IMG/VR virus record: IMGVR_UViG_3300027892_000051
Span: 1 to 46,055 of that record
DNA: 46,055 nucleotides
From: a virus
Lineage: Duplodnaviria > Caudoviricetes
Reading direction: 5' to 3' (one strand)
Both the position numbers and the translations under genes were made by a program. Each line of letters starts with the position of its first letter. Position 1 is the stretch's first letter. The notes under the pieces were generated by a model, which had not been told where the DNA came from, ran no database searches, and saw only the letters and a list, made by a program, of their open reading frames with translations. This document shows positions 37,082 through 46,055 of this stretch, in pieces.

Positions 37082-38881
37082 ATGGCATATACAATCAATC
37101 TAACAGACGGCACAGTTTTTGCTACCATCAGTGATGGTACCATTAATACATCAAGTTCAATGATCTTGGTGGGTAAAAACTACGCTGGATACGGTGAATT
37201 TTTGGACGAAAACTTTATCCACTTGTTGGAAAGCGGTGCAAATACCACTGCACCAGCAGCGCCATTGACCGGACAACTTTGGTGGGACAAAACCAATACA
37301 CTGTTAAAAGTGTACACCGGCACTGCATTTAAAAACATTGGGTCAGCCACATCCAGTGCCAGTCAACCCAGTCCCAGTGTAGTCGGTGATTTGTGGTACA
37401 GTACTACCAACCAACAACTCAATGTATGTACTGTAGCAGGCAATCCAGGAACATTTATTGTAGTTGGTCCTGGATTCTCCACTGCACAAGGTACATCAGG
37501 CGCTATACCTGAAACTATCTTAAATTCAGTCGGCGCCCAACGATTCATTACAAGTTTGTATGTGAACAATACCAGAGTTGGAATTGTGTATGAGGGGGCG
37601 TCATTCATACCTGAAGTGGGTTTGCAGGCAGCTTTCCCAACCATCTTCCCAGGCATCACACTGAGTTCTACAGTGGCAGGTGCGGTGTTTGCTGGATCAG
37701 CCACTAATGCACAGTTGTTGGACAGTTTGGACAGCAGTCAGTTCATGCGTACTGACACAAACACTTCTACTACTGGTGTGTTGCGTGTACAAACCAATAC
37801 TGGCTTGTTTGTTGGGTCAGCCAACGTGTTTAACGTCAACACCACAACCACAGATGCCAACATCAAGAGCAATATCTCTGGTGGTAATTTAATCATACAA
37901 GCCAATGTCAGCGGCACAACATATACCGTGGCCACTGCTTATGGTGCCAATGGCGTTTTTGCCATTGGCAATGCTGCCACAGTAGGTACAACATTGGGCG
38001 TGACTGGCAACAGTTCTGGTGGTAATTTGACCACAGGCGGACAAGTATCAGCCACAGGCAACGTGACTGGTGGCAACATTATTACTGGCGCTTTAATGCA
38101 AGCCGCCTCAATCAGTGCCACAGCCAATGTGCAAGCGGGTAATTTACGCACCGTTGGGCAAGTAAGTGCCACTGGTAATATCACCGGCGCAGCTAATATT
38201 GCAGGTAATTATTTCTTGGGTAATGGCTCACAACTCACAGGCTTGAGCCTGGGGGTTAGTGTGACCAAGATTGAGAATGGTACTTCAGAAGGCTTTATCA
38301 ATGCGTCTGGTGGCAACATTGCATTTACTGTGGGCGGAACTGGTAATGTGTTGGTGCTAACGTCAGGAACTGCATACTTTGTTGGCAATGTCAGCACAAT
38401 TGGCATTGAGAAAACTGGTTCCAATGCAATTGGTAACATCGGATCCAGCTCAAACTACTTCAACCGTGTGTTTGCCACTGCTACCACAGCACTGTACGCC
38501 GACGTGGCAGAACGCTTTGCTGCCGACGAATTGTTGGAACCTGGTACAGTTGTAGAATTGGGCGGTACTAAAGAAATTACTCGATCTACTGAAGATTTAA
38601 GTGAAAACGTATTTGGCGTAATAAGTACAAGACCAGCCTACACCATGAACGGCGGAGCCGGTGATGATGACACCCATCCAGCGGTTGCAATGACAGGTCG
38701 AGTTCCTGTAAAATGTGTGGGTACAATACGCAAAGGTGATCGATTGGTCAGTGCTGGCGAAGGTGTTGCAAGAGCAGCACAATCTGGTGAAGCCACAGCA
38801 TTCAATGTGATTGGCCGCTCGCTGGAAAACAAACACACACCAGAACTTGGAACAATTGAAGCAATTGTAACAATCAAATAA
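37082..38881 (+). CDS. Tail fibre protein with C-terminal intramolecular chaperone/autocleavage-like domain
   Basis: N-terminal GKNYAGYGEFLDENFIHLLE...P..GQLWWD, Gly/Asn/Thr repeats (GNLTTGGQVSATGNV), and C-terminal YADVAERF...PGTVV...GVIST.P...GRVPVK...KGDRLV. Confidence 0.8.
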   Translation: MAYTINLTDGTVFATISDGTINTSSSMILVGKNYAGYGEFLDENFIHLLESGANTTAPAAPLTGQLWWDKTNTLLKVYTGTAFKNIGSATSSASQPSPSVVGDLWYSTTNQQLNVCTVAGNPGTFIVVGPGFSTAQGTSGAIPETILNSVGAQRFITSLYVNNTRVGIVYEGASFIPEVGLQAAFPTIFPGITLSSTVAGAVFAGSATNAQLLDSLDSSQFMRTDTNTSTTGVLRVQTNTGLFVGSANVFNVNTTTTDANIKSNISGGNLIIQANVSGTTYTVATAYGANGVFAIGNAATVGTTLGVTGNSSGGNLTTGGQVSATGNVTGGNIITGALMQAASISATANVQAGNLRTVGQVSATGNITGAANIAGNYFLGNGSQLTGLSLGVSVTKIENGTSEGFINASGGNIAFTVGGTGNVLVLTSGTAYFVGNVSTIGIEKTGSNAIGNIGSSSNYFNRVFATATTALYADVAERFAADELLEPGTVVELGGTKEITRSTEDLSENVFGVISTRPAYTMNGGAGDDDTHPAVAMTGRVPVKCVGTIRKGDRLVSAGEGVARAAQSGEATAFNVIGRSLENKHTPELGTIEAIVTIK

Positions 38882-38894
38882 TAGGAAACGAGAA

Positions 38895-39878
38895 ATGACA
38901 TATTCAAGTGGCGGCTTAATTCAGGCAGCAGATTACAATGGTTTTGTAAGCACCAACGTTGGTGCCAATCTCAATGCTGTGTTGAACACTGCATACGGAC
39001 AGACTGCTGTTGGTACTGTGGCCGCGCTGGGAACTGTCACTGCCACCCAGTGGGCCAGTTTGGTCAACAGCACTGCCAGCATGGGCGCACATACAGTCAC
39101 ACCGCTCACTGCAAGAACCGCACCTAGTGCAGGACAAACCATCGACATATTGGCCGCTGTGAATAGTGACTTGGGTAGCATTTTTTCAAATCGCTACAAT
39201 GCTGTTTCGGTAGGCAGTCAATTCACAGGCTGGAGCGGCACCAACAGCAAAACTTCACAAACTGGCACATCAGGTGGTGTGCCCTGGACCATTACATTTA
39301 CCAACACAGTGACCTGGGCCAGTGCTGCTGCCGCAACTTATTTTTTCAATGCCGGCGGTCTGATCAAAATTGATGTGGCAAAAAGTTCAACTGGTCTAAC
39401 AGGTGATCCAGAATGGAACGACTTGGCCACCACCTTGTGCGGTGACATTTATGTTTCCGGACTGGCTGCAGCACATACCATAGCCGGTGTTTCATACACA
39501 GGAACAACCAAAATTGGCGGCACCGGCACACCAACCACACTGAGCACTGCCACTGGTTGGGATGCTCTTGTGGACGGCGCAGGCGCTACCATTGTGTACA
39601 AACAGTTTGCTGACACTGCGCCTTACACCGGCAATTACATTCAACACACATTGGCCAAAAGCGCAGGTTCAACCATATTAACCATCTCCACAACCTGGGT
39701 TGCTGTGGATACCAACGTGCCTCCCACAAGTGGTACTGATCCAATCACAGGTGGTACAAACGCATCAGGTGCCACACCCGGCACAGCACCTTGTACCATT
39801 GTGACATATTATCCACCAGAAACAACCAATCTCTCCAACTCCTGGGGCACACCCACTGTGGTTGCCACAACAGCCTAA
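38895..39878 (+). CDS. Thr/Gly/Ala-rich virion (fibre/collar-like) protein
   Basis: MTYSSGGLIQAADYN start, YFFNAGGLI motif, composition and position. Confidence 0.6.
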   Translation: MTYSSGGLIQAADYNGFVSTNVGANLNAVLNTAYGQTAVGTVAALGTVTATQWASLVNSTASMGAHTVTPLTARTAPSAGQTIDILAAVNSDLGSIFSNRYNAVSVGSQFTGWSGTNSKTSQTGTSGGVPWTITFTNTVTWASAAAATYFFNAGGLIKIDVAKSSTGLTGDPEWNDLATTLCGDIYVSGLAAAHTIAGVSYTGTTKIGGTGTPTTLSTATGWDALVDGAGATIVYKQFADTAPYTGNYIQHTLAKSAGSTILTISTTWVAVDTNVPPTSGTDPITGGTNASGATPGTAPCTIVTYYPPETTNLSNSWGTPTVVATTA

Positions 39879-39880
39879 CC

Positions 39881-39907
39881 AAAAGGGGTAGTTGCCCCTT
39901 TACTTTC
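39881..39907 (+). terminator. Rho-independent terminator closing the structural module
   Basis: AAAGGGG-tagttg-CCCCTTT hairpin followed by ACTTT, starting 3 nt after the stop codon. Confidence 0.65.
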
Positions 39908-39927
39908 CCCTACTTTTCCTATATAAT
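39899..39927 (+). promoter_or_regulatory. sigma70-type promoter for the modification operon (leaderless)
   Basis: TTTACT-17 nt-TATAAT, ending 5 nt before the ATG at 39933. The -35 overlaps the terminator stem. Confidence 0.65.
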
Positions 39928-39932
39928 GCATT

Positions 39933-40241
39933 ATGAATACTGATGCCTTGGTTGCTCACGCACGAGCAAGATTTGATCACGCAGCCGCTCGACGAGTGCT
40001 AAAAGAAAAGTACGAAGCACGTATGGTGTTTGCCCATGGGGGCGGAATGTGGCGGGCTGGACCAGACCTGTTGACTGTGTTGTTGGCCTGCGCACAAGAC
40101 AAGGATGTGGTGATATTAGACTTGTACGAAACACCTGTTAAAATTGTTGTAACAGACTTGTTTGCTCGAGCACACGAACGCTGGCAAGAGCAAATGAACG
40201 CATGGAAAGTAGAATGGGACGAACTAAACAAAAAACGCTGA
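39933..40241 (+). CDS. Hypothetical protein
   Basis: 102-aa ORF directly after the promoter; first gene of the operon. Confidence 0.7.
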   Translation: MNTDALVAHARARFDHAAARRVLKEKYEARMVFAHGGGMWRAGPDLLTVLLACAQDKDVVILDLYETPVKIVVTDLFARAHERWQEQMNAWKVEWDELNKKR

Positions 40242-41035
40242 CACAAGGTGTGTTGATCTTTGCCTTCAACAATGAGGCAACGGATTACATTGCCATGGCA
40301 GCATGGAGTGCAAAGAACATTCGCAGGCATTTAAACCTGCCAGTGGCCTTGGTCACAGACAATCCAAAAGTGGCCGCACAGTATGATTTTGAACACATCA
40401 TTGCAACTGTGCCCGATACTGGTGGCTCACGATACTTTGTTGATTACAATGCCAATGTGACCTGGCACAATGCCGGGCGCATCAATGCTTACGAACTGTC
40501 GCCGTTTGAACAAACCTTAGTACTGGATGCTGACTATGTGATAGCCAGTGATAGATTATTGCAAGTACTAGCACTACCACAGCAATTTGCAGCCTTTAAG
40601 GATGGATTTGATCCCAGCAGTATGACCAATCTTGACACCTTTGGTGCGTATAACATGCCCATGTGGTGGGCCACAGTAATGATGTTCCGTCGTGGCAACA
40701 TCAGCCAATACATATTTGATAGTATGCAAATGATACGCAACAATTGGCAACATTATCGAGACCTGTATGGTATTCACCAAAACAACTATCGCAATGACTA
40801 TGCCCTGAGCATTGCCCTAGGCTTGGTAGCAGGCGCTGAACAATCAGTACATGAGATATTTTTTCCCATGCTCAACGTCATGCCAGATCATGGGTTAACT
40901 TGTGTGGAACAAGATCATTATGAAATCACATACACCAACACCGAAGGTAAATTGAAAACTTTAAGTTGGGCTGGATTAGACTTTCATGCCATGTGCAAAA
41001 AGCATTTGGGAACCATCGTTGCAACCAATGGATGA
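40202..41035 (+). CDS. GT-A fold glycosyltransferase-like protein
   Basis: GVLIFAFN, AKNIRRHL..PVALVTD, LSPFEQTLVLDADY (DxD), W.TVMMF and RND. Start position uncertain. Confidence 0.7.
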   Translation: MESRMGRTKQKTLTQGVLIFAFNNEATDYIAMAAWSAKNIRRHLNLPVALVTDNPKVAAQYDFEHIIATVPDTGGSRYFVDYNANVTWHNAGRINAYELSPFEQTLVLDADYVIASDRLLQVLALPQQFAAFKDGFDPSSMTNLDTFGAYNMPMWWATVMMFRRGNISQYIFDSMQMIRNNWQHYRDLYGIHQNNYRNDYALSIALGLVAGAEQSVHEIFFPMLNVMPDHGLTCVEQDHYEITYTNTEGKLKTLSWAGLDFHAMCKKHLGTIVATNG

Positions 41036-41786
41036 ACAAGGTTATGTGATTGTTGCTGTGAACAGTGACACAGTTGATTACTTGGACTGTGCTAGAACCT
41101 TGGCCAAGACCATACGTTACTGGGATCCGTCAGCACGTATCTGTCTGGTCACAGACAGCCCCTATACTGATCCCTTGTATGATCACCACAGGCAACTTGT
41201 GCCTGACGCCAACCCTTATGCCAATGACGCACAACTGTTCAGACTCACACCATTTCGTGAAACTATTAAACTGGAAGCAGACATGTTTGTTGTCAGTCCT
41301 ATTTCACACTGGTGGGATCAGTTTAGACATAGAGATATTGTAATACCTACTGGCTGTAGAGATTGGCAAGACCGTGTGAGCACAGCAAGGCATTACCGCA
41401 GAGTGTTTGATGCGAACAACTTGCCCGATGTGTATAATGCTGTCACATACTGGCGGCGCAGTACAACTGCTAAAGAGTTTTTTTCATGGGTCAGCAACAT
41501 ATTTGCCAACTGGGCAGAGTTTAAGAAACTCTTAAAGTTTCCGGATGAAACACCATCAACTGATCTTGTGTATGCCATGGCAGCAGAGATCATGGGTCGA
41601 GATCGTGTGACCTTGCCATTCAGCACATACCCAAAGATAGTGCATATGAAACGACACATAGCAGGCACAGGTACAGAAGCCTGGACCCGAGAACTGATTT
41701 GGGAATATCAGGACATGCGCCTGCGTATACAAACTGTGGCACAAACCGGTGCGTTTCATTACAATGTCAAAGAATGGCGAGCATGA
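41028..41786 (+). CDS. GT-A fold glycosyltransferase-like protein, paralogue of the upstream gene
   Basis: GYVIVAVN, AKTIRYW...ICLVTD, LTPFRETIKLEADM (ExD) and STD. Start is the ATG at 41028 or the TTG at 41019. Confidence 0.65.
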   Translation: MDEQGYVIVAVNSDTVDYLDCARTLAKTIRYWDPSARICLVTDSPYTDPLYDHHRQLVPDANPYANDAQLFRLTPFRETIKLEADMFVVSPISHWWDQFRHRDIVIPTGCRDWQDRVSTARHYRRVFDANNLPDVYNAVTYWRRSTTAKEFFSWVSNIFANWAEFKKLLKFPDETPSTDLVYAMAAEIMGRDRVTLPFSTYPKIVHMKRHIAGTGTEAWTRELIWEYQDMRLRIQTVAQTGAFHYNVKEWRA

Positions 41787-42118
41787 CCCCTGAAGATTTT
41801 TGGTCAATACTACACAACATGCCGGAACCCCAGCCAGTGTTTTATCGCTTGTATCATGATAACCAAGGGCACCCGCTATTCTACAGCATGGCGGATGAGC
41901 CTGGTACATACATTGAGATTGACCAGGAAACTTTTGCTCGTAACGTGTCTAATGTGCGTGTGCGAGATGGCAAGTTAGTAGAAATAATGTGGACAACCAC
42001 AACAAAATTGGTCCCTGGCAACTCTGGATCCCCTTGTCATCCTGACAATGTCGCTGTAATCGTTGCTGAGGACCAACCTCATACCAAATGGAGCAAACAA
42101 ATATATGAATCAAATTGA
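41783..42118 (+). CDS. Hypothetical protein
   Basis: Start MTPEDFW at 41783 gives an ATGA overlap with the upstream stop. Confidence 0.65.
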   Translation: MTPEDFWSILHNMPEPQPVFYRLYHDNQGHPLFYSMADEPGTYIEIDQETFARNVSNVRVRDGKLVEIMWTTTTKLVPGNSGSPCHPDNVAVIVAEDQPHTKWSKQIYESN

Positions 42119-43031
42119 CGTAGCAGACTTGGACTGCGTATACCTAAGTTATGATGAACCTGAAAAAGAAGAGTTTTGGGTCCGGATCAAAAACATGGTG
42201 CCTTGGGCCACCAGAGTGGATGGAATCAGAGGATCAGATGCAGCACACAAAGCCGCTGCCACGGCCAGTACAACTGAACGCTTTATCTTGATCGACGGAG
42301 ACAACATCCCTGACGCCGCTTTCTTTAACCAAACACTAACATTTGACACACCAGACTGGGAACAAGCAGTGTTTCGTTGGCGTGCCCGTAATCACATAAA
42401 TGGCCTAATGTATGGCAATGGCGGACTGAGTTCATGGACCCGAGAGTTTGTGTTCAACATGCGCACACATGAAGCCACAGATGGCCGTGTAGAAACTGAA
42501 GTGGAGTTTTGTTTTGATCCCATGTACTGGCCCATGTACGACTGTTACTCAACCACATATCCTAATGCTTCCCCTTTCCAAGCATGGCGTGCCGGCTTCC
42601 GTGAAGGCGTAAAGATGTGCCTGAGCCGAGGTGCCCGACCCACAGTGGAAGAATTTCAACAACAAGTGCATCAACGCAATCTGGATCATTTGACCATTTG
42701 GCACAACATTGGCGCCGATGTCAACAATGGACAGTGGGCCATGGCTGGGGCAAGACAGGGCACATACATGACCATGCTCACAAACTGGGATCATCGTAAG
42801 GTACAGGACTTTGATGCCTTGTCTGAGATATGGGACACAATAAAAGATGCAGAACCAAGATTACTGAGCGGGCGTGTGGCAGATGATTTGCACAACCAAT
42901 TGGACTTGCCTATGGCCATCTTTGAAGGTGAGCAAAGCCGATTCTTCAAACAACACTATCGTAGCAACTGGCACAACCGTGGTGTTATGGTTAGAGAGAT
43001 TGATGTCATCCGTGAACAAGAAGGTTGGTAA
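42105..43031 (+). CDS. Glycosyltransferase-like protein (GT-A-like, DGD motif)
   Basis: YLSYDEP, RVDGIRGSDAAHKAAA, FILIDGDN, NGLMYGNGG and AWRAGFREGVK; GGAG RBS before the ATG at 42105. Confidence 0.6.
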   Translation: MNQIDVADLDCVYLSYDEPEKEEFWVRIKNMVPWATRVDGIRGSDAAHKAAATASTTERFILIDGDNIPDAAFFNQTLTFDTPDWEQAVFRWRARNHINGLMYGNGGLSSWTREFVFNMRTHEATDGRVETEVEFCFDPMYWPMYDCYSTTYPNASPFQAWRAGFREGVKMCLSRGARPTVEEFQQQVHQRNLDHLTIWHNIGADVNNGQWAMAGARQGTYMTMLTNWDHRKVQDFDALSEIWDTIKDAEPRLLSGRVADDLHNQLDLPMAIFEGEQSRFFKQHYRSNWHNRGVMVREIDVIREQEGW

Positions 43032-44428
43032 TGAACAAAGGTGACGAGTCAGCAGGAACCAAAAGTAATTTCCTAAATTCTGCTGAGCAGATGAAACAAC
43101 AACTGGGTACTGCACTTTGTCTAGCTAAGTGGAAGCAGGTTAGTTTGCATTTGACCACAGGTATGAACAACTCGTGTTACCATCCACCACTGCACCCAAT
43201 CAACCCTGCAGAGATTGCTGTGGATGTTTCGGCATTGCACAACACTGCATATAAAAAACAACAACGTCAAAAGATGTTGGCAGGTGAAAAGCCCGCAGAA
43301 TGTCAGTACTGCTGGAACATGGAAGATCAAGGCAAGTTAAGTGACAGACACTATCGGTCAGGAGAACCCTGGGCAGCCGTAGATTTTGAATCAATAAAGA
43401 ACAGCACAGGAGCGGAAAATGTCATTCCCAGTTATGTTGAAGTTAATTTTAATCATGCTTGCAATCTGCGGTGTAGTTATTGCAGCCCTCAGTTTAGTAG
43501 TTCATGGGCAGATGAAGTCGCTAGACTGGGAGCATATCCTACCCTGGTGCCTCATAATGCTCCTGAGCATTTTGCTGGCAGCCGTGGTCCTATTCCCGTT
43601 CGAGAATCAAACCCTTATGTTGAGGCCTTCTGGTTATGGTGGCCAGACCTGTACCCTCACCTAGAGCACTTTCGCATGACTGGCGGCGAGCCACTGCTGG
43701 ATAGAAATACCTATCGTGTGTTTGATTATGTGTTAGCTAACCCCAGCCCCAAGTTACATTTGAATGTTACTAGTAACTTTTCAGTAGATGAAAAGAGTTG
43801 GCAAAAGTATTTGAGTTATGTCAAACGCATCTGTGACGGACGTATCGAGCACTTCATGCAGTACGTGAGCCTAGATGGATGGGGCGCTCAAGCAGAATAC
43901 ATGCGTGATGGTCTAGACTTTGACCTGTTGTGGGATCGAGTAAATCAATTCCTTACAGAAGTGCCTAACTATTCTAGTCTTACATTTATCATCACAATGA
44001 ACAACTTGAGTGTGACCAGTTTGGACAAACTGTTTGCTGGCATCTTGGGCCTGCGCAAGGTATACAGTCATACCTACCAACGTGTGTGGTTTGACACCCC
44101 TGTGTTGCGCGAACCTGCTTGGCAGAGTCTACAAATACTTCCTGAAAGTTACGTGGACAAGTTGGAATTATTATGGGCTTGGATGATACGACAAATAGAA
44201 ACAGAAGAAGCACCGTTCAAAGGATTCAAAGATTATGAACTGCACAGACTGGATCGTGATATTGCTTGGATGCAATCAGCACAGTTGACGGATCACTCTA
44301 TGGCAAAAGCAGATTTCTATCGTTTCTTCAATGAACATGATCGCAGACGCGGTACAGACTTTTTGGCAACGTTCCCTGAAATGAAGTCATGGTGGGAGGA
44401 GTGTGCGTACCATGCTAGGCAATCGTAA
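43031..44428 (+). CDS. Radical SAM protein with N-terminal twitch-like cluster
   Basis: CLAKW...SCYHP...CQYCW, then CNLRCSYC, GGEPLL, VTSN and SLDG; TAATG coupling. Confidence 0.85.
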   Translation: MNKGDESAGTKSNFLNSAEQMKQQLGTALCLAKWKQVSLHLTTGMNNSCYHPPLHPINPAEIAVDVSALHNTAYKKQQRQKMLAGEKPAECQYCWNMEDQGKLSDRHYRSGEPWAAVDFESIKNSTGAENVIPSYVEVNFNHACNLRCSYCSPQFSSSWADEVARLGAYPTLVPHNAPEHFAGSRGPIPVRESNPYVEAFWLWWPDLYPHLEHFRMTGGEPLLDRNTYRVFDYVLANPSPKLHLNVTSNFSVDEKSWQKYLSYVKRICDGRIEHFMQYVSLDGWGAQAEYMRDGLDFDLLWDRVNQFLTEVPNYSSLTFIITMNNLSVTSLDKLFAGILGLRKVYSHTYQRVWFDTPVLREPAWQSLQILPESYVDKLELLWAWMIRQIETEEAPFKGFKDYELHRLDRDIAWMQSAQLTDHSMAKADFYRFFNEHDRRRGTDFLATFPEMKSWWEECAYHARQS

Positions 44429-45512
44429 AATCATTGTGGATGAGTGGGCAGAAGTGTGGGATCTGCTCAAGTCTTCGGCAGACAGCAGTTTCTGGCAGTG
44501 GCCCGCACAATTAGATCCTGATGCTGTTTATATTGTGGGCAGAGTTGTACTCAAAGAGAATTGGCAAGCCATAACTGAATGGGCCACAAAATGCCCAGGG
44601 CATATTGTTTTTTCCAATCCTGCAGAAGGCAGTGAGACCATATTGTTGCAACTGCGCAGATTGGTAATAGCAGACTATGTGCGTGATGGCCGTATTGGGT
44701 TGTTGACTTCTGGTGATATGGAACCAGGCTGGCACTACTGCAAAACAGATTGCTACTTTGCCAACATTGTAGAGTATATAGAAAACTTACGTGCGCATGA
44801 GTCCTACCCCGAAGTGTATCATAAAACTAACAAACCCTATAACTTCTTGTTTTTAAACGGACGACTGCGTCCACATCGCAAGTATCTAATAGATGCCATG
44901 CGTAAACGCCACTTGCTGGATCGAGCACTATGGACCAATCTCAATGATCGTGTGGAAATGGCCTGGAGTAGTCAATTGCAAACTGGTACCTCTGAACCTG
45001 TGCGTTTGTTGCCGGCTCAATACGAAATTGATCGTGCTTTGCCCAACATGGACACAGTGCCTGGGGGATTCGTAAAACATCACTTGTTTGGCAATACCTG
45101 GGGCGATGCTGAAGTCAATCCTGCACCCTACATTGACACCTACTTCTCGGTAGTAACAGAAACCATATTTGATTACCCACACACATTCCGCACTGAAAAA
45201 ATTTGGAAACCCATGATTATGTGTCATCCGTTTGTGGCAGCGGCTAATCGTGGGTACTACAGAGATTTACATTCAGCAGGATTCCAAACATTTGGGCACT
45301 TGATTGACGAAACATTTGACATGATAGACGATCCTAAATCTCGTGCTGACAGAATAGTTGACGTTGTTGCTGATATATGTTATAATGGTGCTGCCAGTTT
45401 CTTGGAAGCTGCTGAATCCGTTTGTAAATATAACTATCAACAACTTCGCGAACACAATGCTCGCGAACGTGCAGAACTTCCTGAACGACTGGCCCAATAC
45501 ATAAATGAATGA
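44412..45512 (+). CDS. Glycosyltransferase-like protein (GT-B-like; TEK motif reminiscent of GT10)
   Basis: FLFLNGRLRPHR, FSVVTET, TEKIWKPM, GFQTFGHLIDETFD and YNYQ. Confidence 0.55.
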   Translation: MLGNRKIIVDEWAEVWDLLKSSADSSFWQWPAQLDPDAVYIVGRVVLKENWQAITEWATKCPGHIVFSNPAEGSETILLQLRRLVIADYVRDGRIGLLTSGDMEPGWHYCKTDCYFANIVEYIENLRAHESYPEVYHKTNKPYNFLFLNGRLRPHRKYLIDAMRKRHLLDRALWTNLNDRVEMAWSSQLQTGTSEPVRLLPAQYEIDRALPNMDTVPGGFVKHHLFGNTWGDAEVNPAPYIDTYFSVVTETIFDYPHTFRTEKIWKPMIMCHPFVAAANRGYYRDLHSAGFQTFGHLIDETFDMIDDPKSRADRIVDVVADICYNGAASFLEAAESVCKYNYQQLREHNARERAELPERLAQYINE

Positions 45513-46055
45513 TTTAGAATTTAAACAACAAGTGTTGGACCCTGTGTCCCGAAGTTTTTGTGCGGCGAAATGGTACAACGCTACCATTTGGTTAGGAAGT
45601 GGGCAGACCACAAGTTGCCATCACCCGCCAGCCCATTTGATTGACACTGATAAAGTCTCTAACAACTCTAGGCTGCTGCACAATACTGATCAAAAGAAAG
45701 AAGACCGGCGCAAGATGTTGGCCGGTGAACGTCCTGCAGGGTGTGAATACTGCTGGAAGATCGAAGACATGCACACTGACGCTGTGAGTGACCGTGTGTA
45801 CAAAAGTAAAATTTATCCCATAGAGGCCCTGCATGAAGCTGTTCGAACTCCCATCCAACACGATGTCAATCTTAAAACTCTCGAAATTAGTTTTGATCGC
45901 ACTTGTCAATTTGCTTGTTCTTATTGCAATCCTGCTTTTAGTTCCACTTGGGTCAATGACATCCGCAAACATGGGCCCTACGTCGGACTTGTTAGCGATG
46001 GCAGGAACCATTTTACTCACACTCATGATAATAGTCAACTTTATAAATTCGGTGA
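45505..46055 (+). CDS. Radical SAM protein with N-terminal twitch-like cluster (3' truncated, absent from the ORF track)
   Basis: Manual translation MNDLEFKQQVLDPVSRSFCAAKW...SCHHPP...CEYCW...FDRTCQFACSYCNP, open to the window end; paralogue of 43031-44428. Confidence 0.85.
   Translation, partial: MNDLEFKQQVLDPVSRSFCAAKWYNATIWLGSGQTTSCHHPPAHLIDTDKVSNNSRLLHNTDQKKEDRRKMLAGERPAGCEYCWKIEDMHTDAVSDRVYKSKIYPIEALHEAVRTPIQHDVNLKTLEISFDRTCQFACSYCNPAFSSTWVNDIRKHGPYVGLVSDGRNHFTHTHDNSQLYKFG

Noticed and set aside
37082-39878. Diversity-generating retroelement or invertible fibre cassette
   Set aside because: No reverse transcriptase, invertase or template/variable repeat pair was seen by eye. The fibre repeats are degenerate protein-level repeats.
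812-45611. Many short overlapping or antisense ORFs in the track (e.g. 13335-13952, 17157-17780, 21233-21781)
   Set aside because: They lie within well-supported genes, show no recognisable motifs, and are expected from codon bias.
45592-46038. 148-aa minus-strand ORF from the track
   Set aside because: Antisense shadow of the truncated plus-strand radical SAM gene starting at 45505.
140-46055. Stop-codon reassignment, inteins or introns in core genes
   Set aside because: TAA, TGA and TAG all end genes at sensible positions, the genes are uninterrupted, and no intein or LAGLIDADG motifs were noticed.

Overview
This window is part of a large T4-like (myovirus-type, probably jumbo) phage genome read in the standard genetic code, and it has three blocks. 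(1) 1-8732, minus strand: a gp55-like late sigma factor, gp47 (Mre11/SbcD), an AT-rich insert (TauD-like dioxygenase and a radical SAM gene), gp46 (Rad50/SbcC), a radical SAM/SPASM gene, an SDR oxidoreductase and a GIY-YIG nuclease. A strongly base-paired non-coding segment follows the nuclease and is cut by the window edge. (2) 8846-39878, plus strand: a baseplate/tail module with a tube-initiator-like protein, gp53, hub, gp5, a degenerate lysozyme-like protein, gp25, gp6, a 5185-aa modular wedge/fibre protein and two fibre-like proteins. (3) 39933-end, plus strand: a separately promoted operon of glycosyltransferase-like and radical SAM genes. The main leads are the candidate structured RNA behind the GIY-YIG gene, a radical SAM gene carrying a copy of the gp46 promoter and first codons, pervasive leaderless transcripts, a possible bipartite late promoter, and a GT/radical-SAM/dioxygenase/SDR modification toolkit next to Ser/Thr-rich virion proteins. 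All family calls come from motifs recognised by eye and from synteny; no database searches were run.
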